A stretch of DNA of 64,000 nucleotides from assembly GCF_036321535.1 (NCBI RefSeq), contig NC_087437.1:27158001-27222000 (forward strand), read 5' to 3'. The DNA is from Camelus dromedarius. Its lineage: Eukaryota. Positions 50,623 to 63,698 of the stretch are shown here, one piece after another (position 1 is the first letter of the stretch; each line of letters begins with the position of its first letter). The notes beneath the pieces are model-generated. The model made no database searches. It saw nothing but the letters and a program-made list of their open reading frames with translations, and had not been told where the DNA came from. The position numbers were made by a program, and so were the translations under genes.

Positions 50623-52131
50623 GGGGAGGCATGGTTAACCTGATGTGCTACAGCTGAGGGTTCCGCCTTTATTTCCCACTTCTCTCTCCACTTCTCCCTC
50701 CTCCATGTGGAAATGACCTCAGGATAACTTTCTCCCGTGGTTGCAAGTGACAGTCAGCAACGACTGGTCAATAATCTTCCTTGTTCACATCCATGGATAG
50801 GGAAGGAAAACCTCTCCCTCAAGCATGAAATAGGGTATTCCCTGCAGTCTAGTTGGCCATTAGAATCATAGGCCCACCCCTGGACCAGCCTGGGGAGTGA
50901 CAGTTACTGATGGGTTAAGCCTGGGTTCCTAAAGCAGTCTTGGGCAGGGGGTATAAGGCCGCTGTGACAGACATCAACATCGATGAGGGAAGAGCCAAGG
51001 GAAGAGTGGGAAGTAGAGCTAGACTCTTCCCTGTAGCACATCTGGCTCAGCCCGCCTCTCAAAGTCTCGTCAGGTGGAACTGTATTCACAAACTGTCGTC
51101 TCGGACGGTTCCGCATCATTCAGGCCGGCTGAGCTGGGTTTCTCTGTTTGCTGCCAGAAATCTCCTATTTGCCATGTGCTCTCCACACACACAGGCACAG
51201 GCCCCTCCTGCTTGCATTTTTCTTTCCTGGTACCTGCTTGGCTCCTGCAGGCCTTTCAGTTTATGACTTTCTGAACCTGACCACATCTGGTACAACACGG
51301 CTTTCCTCCCGAGAGCTGGCTTCCAGGCCCAGGGCCAGCAGGGCGCTGTGTGCCCAGCGCCTCCTGCCAGTTGCCCTGATGGCTGGCATTGCTAATCGAT
51401 CCCGGCACTCCTTCCTGCTGAGCCCGCATGTGGGCTCACGATGTTCAACACGGCGCTCCAGGCAGCCACGCCTGGCTGATTGGAGCTGGCGCAGGGGATG
51501 GACCCCATTTGGCACGTTGGCGTAACTACACATCGTCTATTTTTTCCTTTTAAGTACTTTCTTTGCCTTGTCAGTTCCTATTGAGATAACGACCAATTAC
51601 AGCTCCCAGGCCTCCTTCACTTGTCTGTCTCCGTATTTCCCTAAGCCCCAGCTTGGCGCAACCTCTAGGTAGCCAGGTAGAGATACCAGGACCTATATGG
51701 TTAGTGCAATATCTTGAACCACTCCAGCTCTGCCATTGGAGTTTAAAATATTCTATAGGGTCAATTTCCCTCCTCCTAGCCTCTTAAATACTTTCTATTC
51801 TTGCAGTATCCTTTACATGTTATAAAGGAAGTCTAATTTACTAGAATTCCAGATTGGGGGTGTGTTGCTCCTTTTAAGAAAAATGATCAGAACAGGGGAC
51901 ATGTGGCAGGTCTCAGGGGAAGAGTGGTCAGTTGGCAAGCTGTATGGCTTTTCGCAGGAGGCCGTGCATGGGCAGTGTACCTCAGGAAAGGAGGAAACAG
52001 GAGAGCGGCCTGGTGTTATGGGGGCCACGTGGAGGATAGTGATGGAATTTCTAACAACTGCTCAGAGGTGGGCTGTTGAGCAATGAAATGCATCCAGAAA
52101 GGGCTTTTAGAGACTCGTCCTGCTGGCCAGT

Positions 52132-52173
52132 GCACTGTCATTCATCCTCACAGCACTGTCATTCATCCCCACA
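52132..52173. repeat. 21-bp tandem duplication
   Basis: GCACTGTCATTCATCC(T/C)CACA x2. Confidence 0.85.
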
Positions 52174-52367
52174 CGCTTTCAGCAATGACTTCTATTTTTT
52201 TCTTATTCCATCTACTGGCAAACTTGGGTTTCTTTTGGGAGCAACTCCACGCTGTTCAACCCTAAGGTCAGAGGCTGAAATTTATTCAGATTACAGTTTA
52301 TTTCATGGTGTTATCTTTTACATACTTGATCCCTCTTCTTCTGTGTCTTAACAGTCATGACTGCTTT

Positions 52368-52947
52368 TGAAGGGTACCAGAACACACTACACCAAAATAG
52401 GCCACTTTGGTATAAAGATTATTTTGAGCTGAAGACAATTGAGAAGAAGCAAGTATAAGAAAAGCTCTCTGCCCTCCCACTGTTTCCCTAAAAGCAGGAG
52501 ATACATCTGTAAAGGTGTCCCCTCTCCTTTCTCTACCACGAAGAACAGAAGTTACTCACCAGAGACAACGCTAGACACTGAGCAGCCCAGAGGCAGCACC
52601 AGAGGAAGCTGTACAACAGACCTTACTAACTGGTCCTTATCTCCGTTAGTTTCCCCATCTGCTTACCCTCCCACAATTTGCTGCCCTAGAAGCTCAAAGT
52701 CTTTTCCCTTTGTCTTGTCATTTCTCTAAAAATACACTGTTCTTTTGTTCAGATGTTATGTAAGTCCAAGGTCTAACCACCATTTCCAGTTACTTATCAC
52801 TGAATACTCCCATGTGTACGTATAGTGCACGTGTTCATAAACTTCCCTTTGTTTTTCTCTTGTTCATCTGTCTTGTCAGAGACTTGTTTGCAGGGCTTAC
52901 CCAGAGAACCTAGGAAGACGGAGGAAAAACATTTTTCCTCCCCTACA
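52368..52947 (+). mobile_element. Solo ERV1 LTR (MER34/MER39-like) with 4-bp TSD
   Basis: TG...CA ends, 580 bp; CCAAAATAGGCCACTTTGGTATAAAGATTATTTTGAGCTGAAG start, TTTTCCTCCCCTACA end. TSD CTTT on both sides. Confidence 0.85.
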
Positions 52948-53084
52948 CTTTTCTTTTTTTATGTGACTTTCTTTTAGTTCACATTGACATTTTTCTTAGC
53001 TTAAATTTATTTAATCTCATTTTCTCTCATTGCTTTTATTTTTTGTTTTCCCCCTCCATTATTTATGTATGTATGTATGTATGC

Positions 53085-53225
53085 ATTTATAAGTATGGTT
53101 GATTTACAATGTTGTGTTAGCTTCTGGTGTACAGCATAGTGATTCAGTCATATATACATATTCTTTTTCATTATAGTTTATTTCAAGATACTGAATATAG
53201 TTCCCTGTGCTATACCATAGGTCCC
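53085..53225 (-). mobile_element. L1 3' end
   Basis: AAGTATGGTTGATTTACAATGTTGTGTTAG...GAATATAGTTCCCTGTGCTATAC. Confidence 0.8.
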
Positions 53226-53439
53226 CCTCCATTATCTTATAGTTTTTTTTTCCTTTTTATGATTTTTAAACTATCTTTTAAATTTCTCTTATTTACTTCT
53301 TTTTTATTGTTGAGTTTCAACTCTCTTGGCTTTCTCAGTGGCAGGCAGGAAGCGGTGGCACTAAGGCATCTTGACCCTGGAGAATCCTTGAATTCCTCTT
53401 GGCAGTCTTCACATTTTCTCCACTGGTCCCATTTACACT

Positions 53440-53562
53440 TTTTTTTTAAAATTGAAGTATGGTCAGTCTACAGTGTTGTGTCAATTTCCGGTGCACAGCA
53501 CAATACTTCAGTCATATAGGAACATACATATATTCTTTTTCATATTCTCCTTTACCATAGGG
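53440..53562 (-). mobile_element. L1 3' end
   Basis: Poly-T, then ATTGAAGTATGGTCAGTCTACAGTGTTGTGTCAATTTCCGGTG. Confidence 0.75.
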
Positions 53563-53689
53563 ACCCATACTTTGATCTAAGAATTCAGAAAATTCACTAA
53601 CTCCTCCCCAAACCCAAGAATGAAGATTGGTATAAATGTGTATCAAATTCTGGAATGGAATTTCCTTCTCAGATCAGCACCCTGCTATC

Positions 53690-54575
53690 CCTTTATGTGG
53701 GATTAACTTGGGTATTTGGGAGAAAGTTGTAGTCCCAGGTGGGAATTTGAATCATAAGTAAGGAAACAAAGGAAAATGTTGGGGTTGTGGAACTGGCCAG
53801 CTCACAGGGGCGGGGTTGGGGGGTGGTGGTGGGGAAACAGCTGGAACTTTCACCTGGGCCCAGGGCACATTCTGGCAATAACAGACAGCTTTACAACCCT
53901 GACCATGGGTCAGTGTACCTGGAGCTGCTGGCTGTTTCTCCAGACATGGATTGGCCCAGGATCTGGGCCTGTTTTAGCCTGTGGATAAAGGAGCCAACAG
54001 AGGGAGAGACACTTACCCCTTCCTATGAGACAGGAGTCAGGGGGGCAGGGCACAACGATTAAAAGAATGACACAGCCCTTGAGGATAGGACAAATACTGG
54101 TTAGAGCCAACTAGGCTCAAGAAAGCAGAAGGTTCAACTCCCAGAAGACCTTGCGCCTCATTATGTGCTCATTTTAATACATTTGCATGCTAAATGGCAC
54201 ACCCGCAGGTGATATGACGGTTCCCAGGCTGACCATAAAAGGCCCAAAAGTGGGCAATGGCCCAATTCCTGGAAATCCCCGCCCCCTTCTCCAAAACAGT
54301 TGGAATAATCCTCCCACTTGTTAGCCTATGAAGTTACCCAGCCCATAAAAACTAACCACCCCCTAACCCTGGGGCCACTGTCCCTTTTGAGACAGACTGC
54401 ATTCCATCTGTGGAGTGTGTATCTCTCTAAATAAACTTGCTTTCACTTTACTGTGGCTCAGTCTTGAATTCTTTCCTGTGTAAAGCCAAGGACTCTCACT
54501 TGGCGGGGCGCGTCCTAGGGACTCGCCCGGGACCTGGGACATGATCATCCTCTCATGCCCCATTTTCCTGCAACA
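53690..54575 (+). mobile_element. MER41-like ERV1 solo LTR (left boundary uncertain, 53683-53780)
   Basis: AATAAACTTGCTTTCACTTTACTGTGGCTC...TTGAATTCTTTCCTG...AAGCCAAGGAC, TATA-like CATAAAA, ends TTTCCTGCAACA. Confidence 0.7.
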
Positions 54576-55370
54576 CCTGCTCAGAGAGGGGCACGATTCC
54601 AGGGGATGATTCTGCCCTGCTCTTTCCTGCCTTGTCACGGGCAGTGACTTCCTGCTGCACAAGACGGGTGTTAGGCTCTTGCAAGTTAGGCTTTGTAACT
54701 GGGTAGAATTCCTATATGTAAGACACTGTTCTCTTATAGGGACTTAATGAAATTGAAAGTAAGGGGAAAATAATCCTTCCTTGAGAATGTGCTACTTTGG
54801 TTGAAAAACCTTTAAAAAAGTTTATCTGCTCTCTGTAACCTTGACTGACATCACTCTGCACCTTCCAACTTGGTTAGTTAACAACTGCTCCCCTCTTTCC
54901 CACTGTTGATAACACACATTTCTGTTACATTCTACTTTATAATCTCGGCAAGTAGGAATGCTGGCTGAAGGACTAGCTTATTGTTCAGCTTTTTAGGCCA
55001 AATATGTATTAAAAAGGGCTGTGATCAAAATTACATGCAAAACCTTATTGTACTTCTTTGTCTCCATACTTGCCTCCATCAAGACGGCTCAATTTCAGTT
55101 ACTCTGCTTAAGCCACTAACAGTGAAACTTGCAGACACTCCCTTCGTCCTTGTCTTTAAGAGGTTTGAAACATATTGTAAATACCTTGGGCCACGGTGAA
55201 CTAAAGAGAATGAAACTCTGGAACCACTACTGGGTTGTTGGCTATTTCCCATCACAATCAGATGTCTTTCAAAATAGGCATTCACTTGGGTCTCATTTAA
55301 AGCCAGCTGCCTCCATTCCTTCTGTTGTCACTGCTACCAGATTTATGGAGCTAGAAAGATGCGTTTAATG

Positions 55371-55545
55371 CAGTGACTCTTGGTCATTTTGAGTGTATAA
55401 TGCACTTTTTAAGGATTTGATGAGAATAGTCTTTCCCCAGAAAAGTTCACAAAATGTATGAACATTCCAAATTTTTCCTACAGTCTCAGGCTCTTCCCTG
55501 ATTCTTAAATTCTTAAATCCTATGACCTCAGGTTAAGAATCATTA
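55371..55545. mobile_element. Charlie4z-like hAT MITE relic
   Basis: TTTCCCCAGAAAAG...CCTCAGGTTAAGAA pattern. Confidence 0.45.
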
Positions 55546-55589
55546 ATAAAGAATGAGACTATGGGCATAATGTTAATTTTCTTAGTTTA

Positions 55590-56321
55590 TGTGTCAGTTG
55601 GGGTTAATTAGACAGAAGAGTGGGAGCTTCACATTAAGACATTTATTACACAGAATTGGCTTATGTGATTGTGGGGCTAGTAAGGCAAGTGTTATCAACC
55701 GAATGTGAGTGTCCCTCCAAAGCATATGTTGAAACCTACAAGGTGATGATGGTATTTGGAGGAGGGGCCTTTGGGAGGTGATGAGGTCATGAGAGCGCAG
55801 CCCTCAGGAATGGGATTAAAGCCCTCATAAGAGAGACCCCAGGGATCTCTCTTGCCCATGCGAGGACACAGCAAGAAGATGATTGTCTATGAACCAGGAA
55901 GCGAGCTCTCACCAGAAACCAAATCTACTGGCACTTTGATCTTAGACTTCCCAGCCTCCAGAACTGTGAGAAATAAATGTCTGTTTAAGCCACCCAGTTT
56001 GTGGTATTTTTGCTACAGCAGCCTAAAAAGACAAAGACAGCAATTCTGAAATGTCAGGGCAGGCGGAAACTCTCGGGCACAGGGTAAGACATGCCTACAG
56101 GTGGAATATCTTCTCCCAGGAAGCCTTAGCTGTGTTTCTTAAGGGTTTTCAACTGATTGAATCAGACCCACCATATCTAGGATGTTCTCTCTCGTGCTTA
56201 AAATAACTGACCATGGATTTTAATCATACCTGCAAACTGTCTTCACAGTAGCACCTGTATTAGTGTTTTATCGAGTAGCTAGGGACTGTGGCCAAGTTGA
56301 CACATAAAACTGACGGTCACA
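55590..56321 (-). mobile_element. MLT2-type ERVL LTR split by an MLT1A-like LTR (55690-56039, plus strand)
   Basis: MLT2: GAATTGGCTTATGTGATTGTGGGG...GCCAAGTTGACACATAAAA. The inserted MaLR has TG...CA ends and TSD GCAAG/GCAAT. Confidence 0.8.
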
Positions 56322-57079
56322 AGTATGAGTTATTAAGGGTGTGTACCAAAACATCTTTGTTCTTAGAAGATAACATGTTGAAATATTTAAGGTGAAGTAT
56401 CATGATGTCTGCAATTTATGCTCACTTAGTTTACAAAATATATATGTGGAGAGAGCAGGTGGCACAAGGTTAATACTTGTGCAGTGAAGATGGAGGGGAT
56501 AGGAGGGTTCACTCTATCATTCTTTCAACTTTTCTGTTCGCCTGAAAGTTTTCATAGTTAAGTTTGTGAACTAAAGTAAGCCCCGAATTCCTGCCTGGCA
56601 CAGGGTCTGCTGACTCATAGCACACATTCGGTGAGTGTTGCATGAATTAAATTGAATGGAGGGCAGCATTTCATTCATAGCCAAAGTTGTCGGCAAGATA
56701 ATGTGATCAGGTTATAGTACTAAGAATCTTCTCCTGATCTTCCTCTATCCTTGTTCAGACAATTCCATGGGTAAATAACTAATTGCTAAGCCTGTCTTGA
56801 GGTGAGTGGAGGCTGCAGGATATAGCAGAGGAAATACTAAGATAGGAGTCAGGAGTTCTGTGTTTGGCTTTTAACTGCAGGCTGGGTGACTTAGGGCAAA
56901 CTGCTTACCTACTCTGAACCTATTTCTTCAACTGAAAATGGAGATTATTATCTCTGCTTTTTTTCAGGATTGTTCTGAGGAAGAAATTTAATAACAACTG
57001 TAAAAGTGCCCTGTAATCAGGAGAGCTTCAGAGTGGTCCCCTCTCCTGCCCCGCCCCACTGTTGTGTGCAGGACCTAGA

Positions 57080-57220
57080 CCCACATCTTATCACATTTAG
57101 CATCTCTGGCTTGTGAAGTGTCTTATAATCAATGGTGCATCACAGTTTAATTAGCAGCATTTTTTTCATCCTTAGTGGTATTTAAAATAACATGGCACCT
57201 TAGATTTGATGAAATACTGT
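57080..57220. mobile_element. MER104-like (Tc2) DNA transposon relic
   Basis: AGTTTAATTAGCAGCATTTTTTC...TTAGTGGTA...CTTAGATTTGATGAAATACTG. Confidence 0.6.
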
Positions 57221-58964
57221 GGCTGAGTGGTCTCAGGCAATGATTTGATCCTTTTAAAGCTCATCTCTTTTCCTCTTTGCTTTAGGGACAAAAGTACTTT
57301 ATATGGTTGTTATGAAGATTAAATAAGGTCAAATATGCAAAGCCCTTAGTAAGTGCTCAATAAACAGCAGTACAATGTAGTATTATTGCACAAGTATGTT
57401 ATTAGTACAGAATGTACCTGTAGAATCCACCTTTGCCACCCCAGTTTTGAAAAAGAAAAGAAATACAACCATATCAAGTTTACTTTGGGAAAAAATTGAC
57501 CTCACATTAAATCTAGACGATTGCTTTAAGTATTCCAGAAGAATTCTCCAAAGAAATAGATCTGAATACACGGTGTCAGGGTAGCAAACTCTTTTTTACT
57601 TTCGATTCCTAATGTCTAGATACTGGCACTATTTTCACAGTCACACTTCTGGGGACTCCCTTAGACTCTCAGACTAGGACCTGGGGTAGTGCAACCTCTG
57701 TGCACACAGAATATGTGAGAATGTTGAGATCAGCCCTACCTTGGGGGAGCTGCACTACCTTGGGTGAGTTTTCTCCCATTAACTTCCCAGGGGCTCCTCC
57801 CGCACTGCTGTAGTCAGGCTCTGAGGCCTCTGGTGTCCAGGAACCGGGTTGGCAAACATGTCACCTGCAGTAAAGGCTTTTATTTTTGTTGACCCACAGT
57901 GTAAAGATTTTAATTTGTGTGATCCCTCCTGCCAGCCGTGGCAGCCTGTGTTAAGTTCTTCCAACCAAAAGGCACAAACATCCTGCTGCAAAGGCTCCAG
58001 CCTTATGTTCTGAAACAGCCCCCCTTGCACAGCTCGGGCAGCAACTGGGCATAAGGATTTCAGCATATGAATTTGGAGTGAGATACTTTTAGACCACAGT
58101 GGTGGATATACCTCAGTTTACTTAACCAGCTCCCTATTAATGGATGCTACTATTTGGCAGTGTTTTTTTGACTACTTGCAGTGGAATATATCCTAAGTGA
58201 TACGCTAGTCAGTAAAGGGCAGAGGGTGAGGGTGAGGCCCTGGGAAACCACTTTAGTGGTAGAATGAATTTCCGCAAGCACACACATCACATAGCTTTGG
58301 GTAATCTTGGTTCTAATTGCTGAATTGAACTACTGTGGGCTGGATGTGAGGTGAAGCAAGGTACCAGGAGCACAAAGGGAAACCAGACCTTGTTGTTAAT
58401 CCTTTAGAATCTGATTACAAGGAATGAGTTAACACGCTGCGCTGTAATAGGCACTTTAATTCTTCCTCATAATGAAGGATCCTAAATTCGTATAAAGGCG
58501 CCAGATACGGAGTGAGGGAAGTGGGATCTAACCCTGCAGAACATCAGATTTCTCAGAGGAAAGTGCTGTGGCCCCTACGGCTTCAGGATCAGACCCCCAA
58601 ACTAACAAGATACTGAGTGGGACTTTTTCTTAGCCTGGGAGTTGATGGCCAGGGCCAAAGCCGAAAACATAGGAGCCTTGTGCTCCCCACATTCTACAGA
58701 AAGGTGCCAAGGAGCCTCTAAAAATTGGGGCCAATCACCGGCCAACCCCAGCCATCACCTCAGTGCTCCCCCCCATCTATAGGCTAAAGACTGCTGCTGG
58801 GGGTAGGAGTGAGGGTGAGAGGTGGGCAGCCAGCGCAGAAAGCCAAGTTGTGAACCATCAGTTTATGGGGATGGGAGGTTGTTGTGTAACTTTACAGTCA
58901 AGAGAAGGGATCGCAAGGGGGTCACTTGTAAAGACAGGTCCTGCAGGAAGGGGTGGGTGGTCAC

Positions 58965-59342
58965 TGTATTAGTTTTCTATTACTGGCATAACAAATTACT
59001 ACAAATGAGTAGCTTAAAGCAGTGCAGGTTTATGCTTTAACAGCTTTGGAAGTCTGAGATCAGTCTCTGAGGCTTAAGTCAAGGTGTTGGCGTGTTCTTC
59101 TCTCACCCTGGTTCCATCACCGCGTGGTCTTCTCCTGATTTTGATCCTCCTCCCTCATTAGGATCCACGTGATTACATTGGAGCTACCTGGATAATCCAG
59201 GGTAATCTCCCCATCTCAGGATCCTTCACCGAACTCTAACTGCAAAGTCAAAGAGACTTACCTACCATGTAAGGTAACATATTCACTGGTTCCATAAATT
59301 AGAACATGGACATCTTGGGAGGCCATTATTCAGCCAATCACA
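58965..59342 (-). mobile_element. MLT1-type MaLR LTR
   Basis: TGTATTAGTTTTCTATTACTGGCATAACAAATTAC...GGAGGCCATTATTCAGCC. TSD GTCAC/GTCAT. Confidence 0.85.
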
Positions 59343-62189
59343 GTCATAGTTCTTGACTGGACATCAACTTTGGCCCAGGACTGGTTGAACTGCCCTCCAC
59401 CTACCTGAGCAAGGCAAAAAAAGAGATGGAGAGGGATGTGGAGGTCAAGAGAGGTGTGGCCATGGGGCAGAGGTCTAGTGGTGTAGACAAGGATGTGAGA
59501 GTTCCCCGGGGCATTCAGAGAGCTGCCCACTTGGTGAAGGGGATCTAGAAAGTAAGAATTTCTGGGCAGGACTTCCAGGGGCAGGAAGTAAGGGACTGGA
59601 TGAAGTGGGCTGGGAGCCAGATCTCCCAACTCTACATGGGAGCAGGAGAGAGAGCAGACTCCCAACTCTTCCCACGTCAGCCCCTGGAGTCACAGCCTGA
59701 TCAGTTGTTTGGAAGAGAGAGCTTGGCATCAAACATAGTAAGACAGGGAGGTATACACTGCATGGACTTGCAAATAACTTTTGATAACTAGAAAGCTAGG
59801 TCTGCCCAAGATGTCATGCTAGCTAGTAGGGACAGAGGTGTCCACATTTGACAGTTGGTGTTCAGTGATGAAAAAAAGAAAAACCACAACTATTTCATGT
59901 TTGTGTTACTAGCAAGGGTAGGCTCCTCAGTAAACTGGTTATATTTCTTCATATCAGGGCTGGGACTCCAATGAAAGTGAAGAATCTTAAAAGATGAAGT
60001 CACGGCAGCTATCTTTGCTTAAGTGACAATTGCAACACCTCAAGAATTAGCGTTTCCCCTCTAGGGCCACTTGCCATGGTTCTGTGTGGTTATCTGTGTT
60101 GCTGAACAGTGTGGAGGCCCACTTCTAGCTGAGTTAGGGGAAAGGAATTTCAATTTAGCAATACTTGGTTAAACTTCTTGAACGGTTGCTTTTCTGGAGC
60201 AAACCTCAACTGAGCCTGAAACTTGCCTGGAAGGAGGCATTTGAAGATTACATATCAGCCATCTAGCACCATGAACTCCTACTCCATTCCTGCAACCGTG
60301 AGTTCCGTGGGAGGCAGTGGAGCAGGGCGGTTAGGAGGGCAGACAAGCCCAGGTTCTGATCTGGGTTTCTGAACCTTTTCTGCCAACATACCTAACCCAG
60401 GTGGGCAAAGCACAAAGTTCTTTTGGTGGATGGCGGGCACTCTTTGATATTTGGAGTGGGGGGGACCATGTTATGTGAACTACTGCAACCCCTCTAGGGG
60501 AAAAGAGGTCTCAGGCTGACTTCTGCTACACGTGGACATTTACTAACAAGTATGTGCGAAATGTGCGTACTCCCTGTTCAGTAAGGTTGTTGGAATCCTA
60601 GCTCTTGATTCCCAGTTGTGCTCCTTACATGAAAGTCACATCTGAGGTAAACGCAGCTGTAGTCTAGTGGCAGGATTCTGTGAGTTCTTTTGTTGGAGTC
60701 AGGCAACCCAGAATCCTCTGGAATCAGCAGGTGCACACAGGACCTTTTATAAGGCTTGATCAGCCCTGGGGGGGGGGGGGGTCATTGAAAAGAGTTAAGT
60801 TTCTTATCTGCCATTCATGCCAGTGGATTCTTTAGATTATTTTATTCATCTACATATGCTGAACAAACTGTTAATTTTACCAATGGAAACTCGTTTTAAA
60901 TATCCATTATGCTAATGAAAAAACTTCAAGTGCTGGTGAGAGATAAAAATAGCTGGGCTTATAGCAGCCCCCTCTGGAGTGGGGCCTTCTGATTAAATGC
61001 CAACAAACCACCCCTGGAGTGTATATTCCTGATTAGGGCATGACTGTCACAAGGGTATAGCCCAAACTGACTAATACATATATTTATAGCACACTGAGTA
61101 TGTGGAAATATTTTAAAGCAAACTACAGATGACATGAGACCTCTCACACCCTGGCTTCCTCTTCTGTAGGATAATAATACCTACCTCACACGGCTGTCAC
61201 CAGACTATTAAATTACAAGAAAGCTTAGTATAGTGTCTGGTAAGTAGTAGCAGCTCAGAAGGTGTTAGCTGATAATGCCATTTTTTTGCTGAGATACACC
61301 CAAGCAAACTTTTTTGAGAAATTATGTACCGATTGAACACTTTGAAGTTGACATCTGAAAATTTTCTTCACAGATTCATATAATAACAAAGGATTTAATG
61401 TCTTGGCATGTAGTAATTATTAACATTTAAAGTTAAAACTGATGTATCGATCTTTTAAATATATCCAGTGGGATCTAAATACAACAACGATTGGGTGCTT
61501 GCTCTCCTTTTTTAAAAAAACACATGAACAAGCTTCTCTTTCCTATAAAAGCACTTCTGTGATATTTAAAGTAGGACGTTTTATTTCTTTACTTTTTCTC
61601 CTTGAACCTGCATTTCCATTTCCCTTACCCTACAAAATTTTATTCTAACATAATATATTTTCATGCTGGAGAGTCTTTTATTGATTGCCCTATTATATTT
61701 TCTGCAACAAATGTATGTATGTAAATAAAAGTTTTATAATTCAGTTTATTCTCTAAGGCTCTAAATGTTAAAATCATTATTCAGATTGGGTTATCATTAG
61801 AGTTATTTTCTTGATCAAAATAACATAAACATATTATACATTTTGATAAATGTGCCAAAGAAAATTTAAACGTGACTTAGAAATAAACAATGATTTTTTT
61901 CAATTAATTCATGTATCTGGATGAATATTGTTTATTTCTAGAATGAGACAAGGTTTAGCGTCAAATACTTTCCCTTTTAAATTTTTATTGATATGAGAAA
62001 TGAGAACATTTATTCATGTATATAAGAAGATGGGAGTGGAAGGAGTCTCTCTATAGCAACGACATTCAGTTCTTTGAATTCTGTACACTTTAAGGTATGT
62101 TACAAGAGCCGCTGAGAGATAACTCGCAAGGTAGACTGTGAAAGCAGTGATGTGATTGTTTAAATCACATAAACCTGGTGGAATTGATT

Positions 62190-62644
62190 TCTCCACCCAA
62201 CCCGGGCAAGGAACCATTATTAGCTGGGGTGTTTGCTGAGAGCACTGGGAATGTGAAAGGTAAGAACTATAAGCTCAGTTGCAAAAATGTAATAATTACG
62301 TGTGTTTCTTATTTTTGATATATATCAACCAAATATTTTTGGTTTTCTTCCCTTCTTATTCTTTTGTCGTCTACCCTAAAATGTGTCCATAGTATTTAAC
62401 TTTATATCTTAGTATGTAAGTTACAGGAGAGCCAAAGGGGCATTGAATCAGCTGGAAGAATGAACATCACCCAGGAACAAAAAAGGGGACTTTGCATCCC
62501 TTCCTGGGGAAAGGATTGGTGAAGTTTTGGTTGTGTGCGGGATAGTCGTAAGACATTAGGCGAACGTATGACTTTGCTTTTGTCTTTGGAGGTTGAGTAT
62601 GGTTAAGGATACATGCGCGAGTGCCAAGCTGACAAAAAGTAGAC
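62190..62644 (+). mobile_element. ERVL internal 3' end with polypurine-tract region
   Basis: GGCAAGGAACCA...GCTGGGGTGTTTGCTGAG...GGGAAT and GTGCCAAGCTGACAAAAAGTAGAC|TG resemble the recalled ERVL internal/LTR junction. Confidence 0.65.
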
Positions 62645-63698
62645 TGTGTGGCTTTGAAACGTGTCATATTGGCTAGGCCGAAATACATTGCCTACAATTC
62701 CGTTTCCTGCATTGGGGTGCACCCCCAGGGAGATTCTCGGTGGATATGGAGGGTGATCATCAGGCAGCTGCCAGTTTGTCGCTCGTACAGGTTATCATTT
62801 ATCTGCTGCTTCACTTCATTGGCAAGAGGCAGCAGCTGGGTCTACTTTAGCTTTTCTGACTGCTGGGCAGGGACGTGTGTTCGGCTGCACAAGGAAAACT
62901 TTGGCTTCTGCAGGATGCCATTAAGGTCAGAGGCAACACCAGCTGATGTAGGTTTTGGTCTGTCTTTGTGGGATCCAACATGTTCCTGCTCTCCCCGGCT
63001 TTACATCCATCCTGACTGCCTGTCCGGCATCAGTCAGGAAGACAAATCCTTATTGCGATAGTTAATTTTGTGTGTCAATTTAGCTCCGTTAAGGGATGAC
63101 CAGATAACTGGGAAAACATTATTGCCCAAGGGGTGGGGGTCTACCAGGGTGCTTCTGGGAGGATTAGCTCTCAAACTGGGAACTGAGTAAAGCAGATGGT
63201 CGTCCCCAGTGTGGGTGAGCCTCATCCAGTGGACTGAGGGCCTGAACAGAACAAAAAGGCGGCAGGAGGGAGAATTCACTCTTCTTTGCTTGAGCTAAGA
63301 TGTTCACTTTCTCCTGCTCTGGGAATTTGGTGCTCCTGGTTCGTAGGTTTTTGGCCTTAGAGTAGGATTTACACCATTAGCCCTTGATTCTCAGGACTTT
63401 GGACTCAGACCGAATTACACCACCAGCTTTCCTGGGTGTCCAGTTTGCAGATGGTAGTTGTGGGACTGATTTCTCAGCCTGGGTAACTGCATGAGGCAAT
63501 TCCTATAATAAATCTCTTACCTATGTGAATTGCTATCTACATCTATATCTAGCCTAGCAGTTCTGCTTCTCTGGAGAACCCTGTCTAATACATTTACAGA
63601 GACTACTCAACCAACTCCCAAAATTGCATGGGGTCCAATTTCTATAAGAAACCCCATCTTAGTGGTCCTGTTTCTTTGCTAGAACCCTGATTGATATA
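62645..63698 (+). mobile_element. Old MLT2-type 3' LTR interrupted by an MLT2B-like LTR (63054-63592)
   Basis: Outer LTR TGTGTGGCTTTGAAACGTGTCATATTGGCTAGG...GTTTCTTTGCTAGAACCCTGATTGATATA. Inner LTR TGCGATAGTTAATTTTGTGTGTCAA...CTCTGGAGAACCCTGTCTAATACA. Confidence 0.75.
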
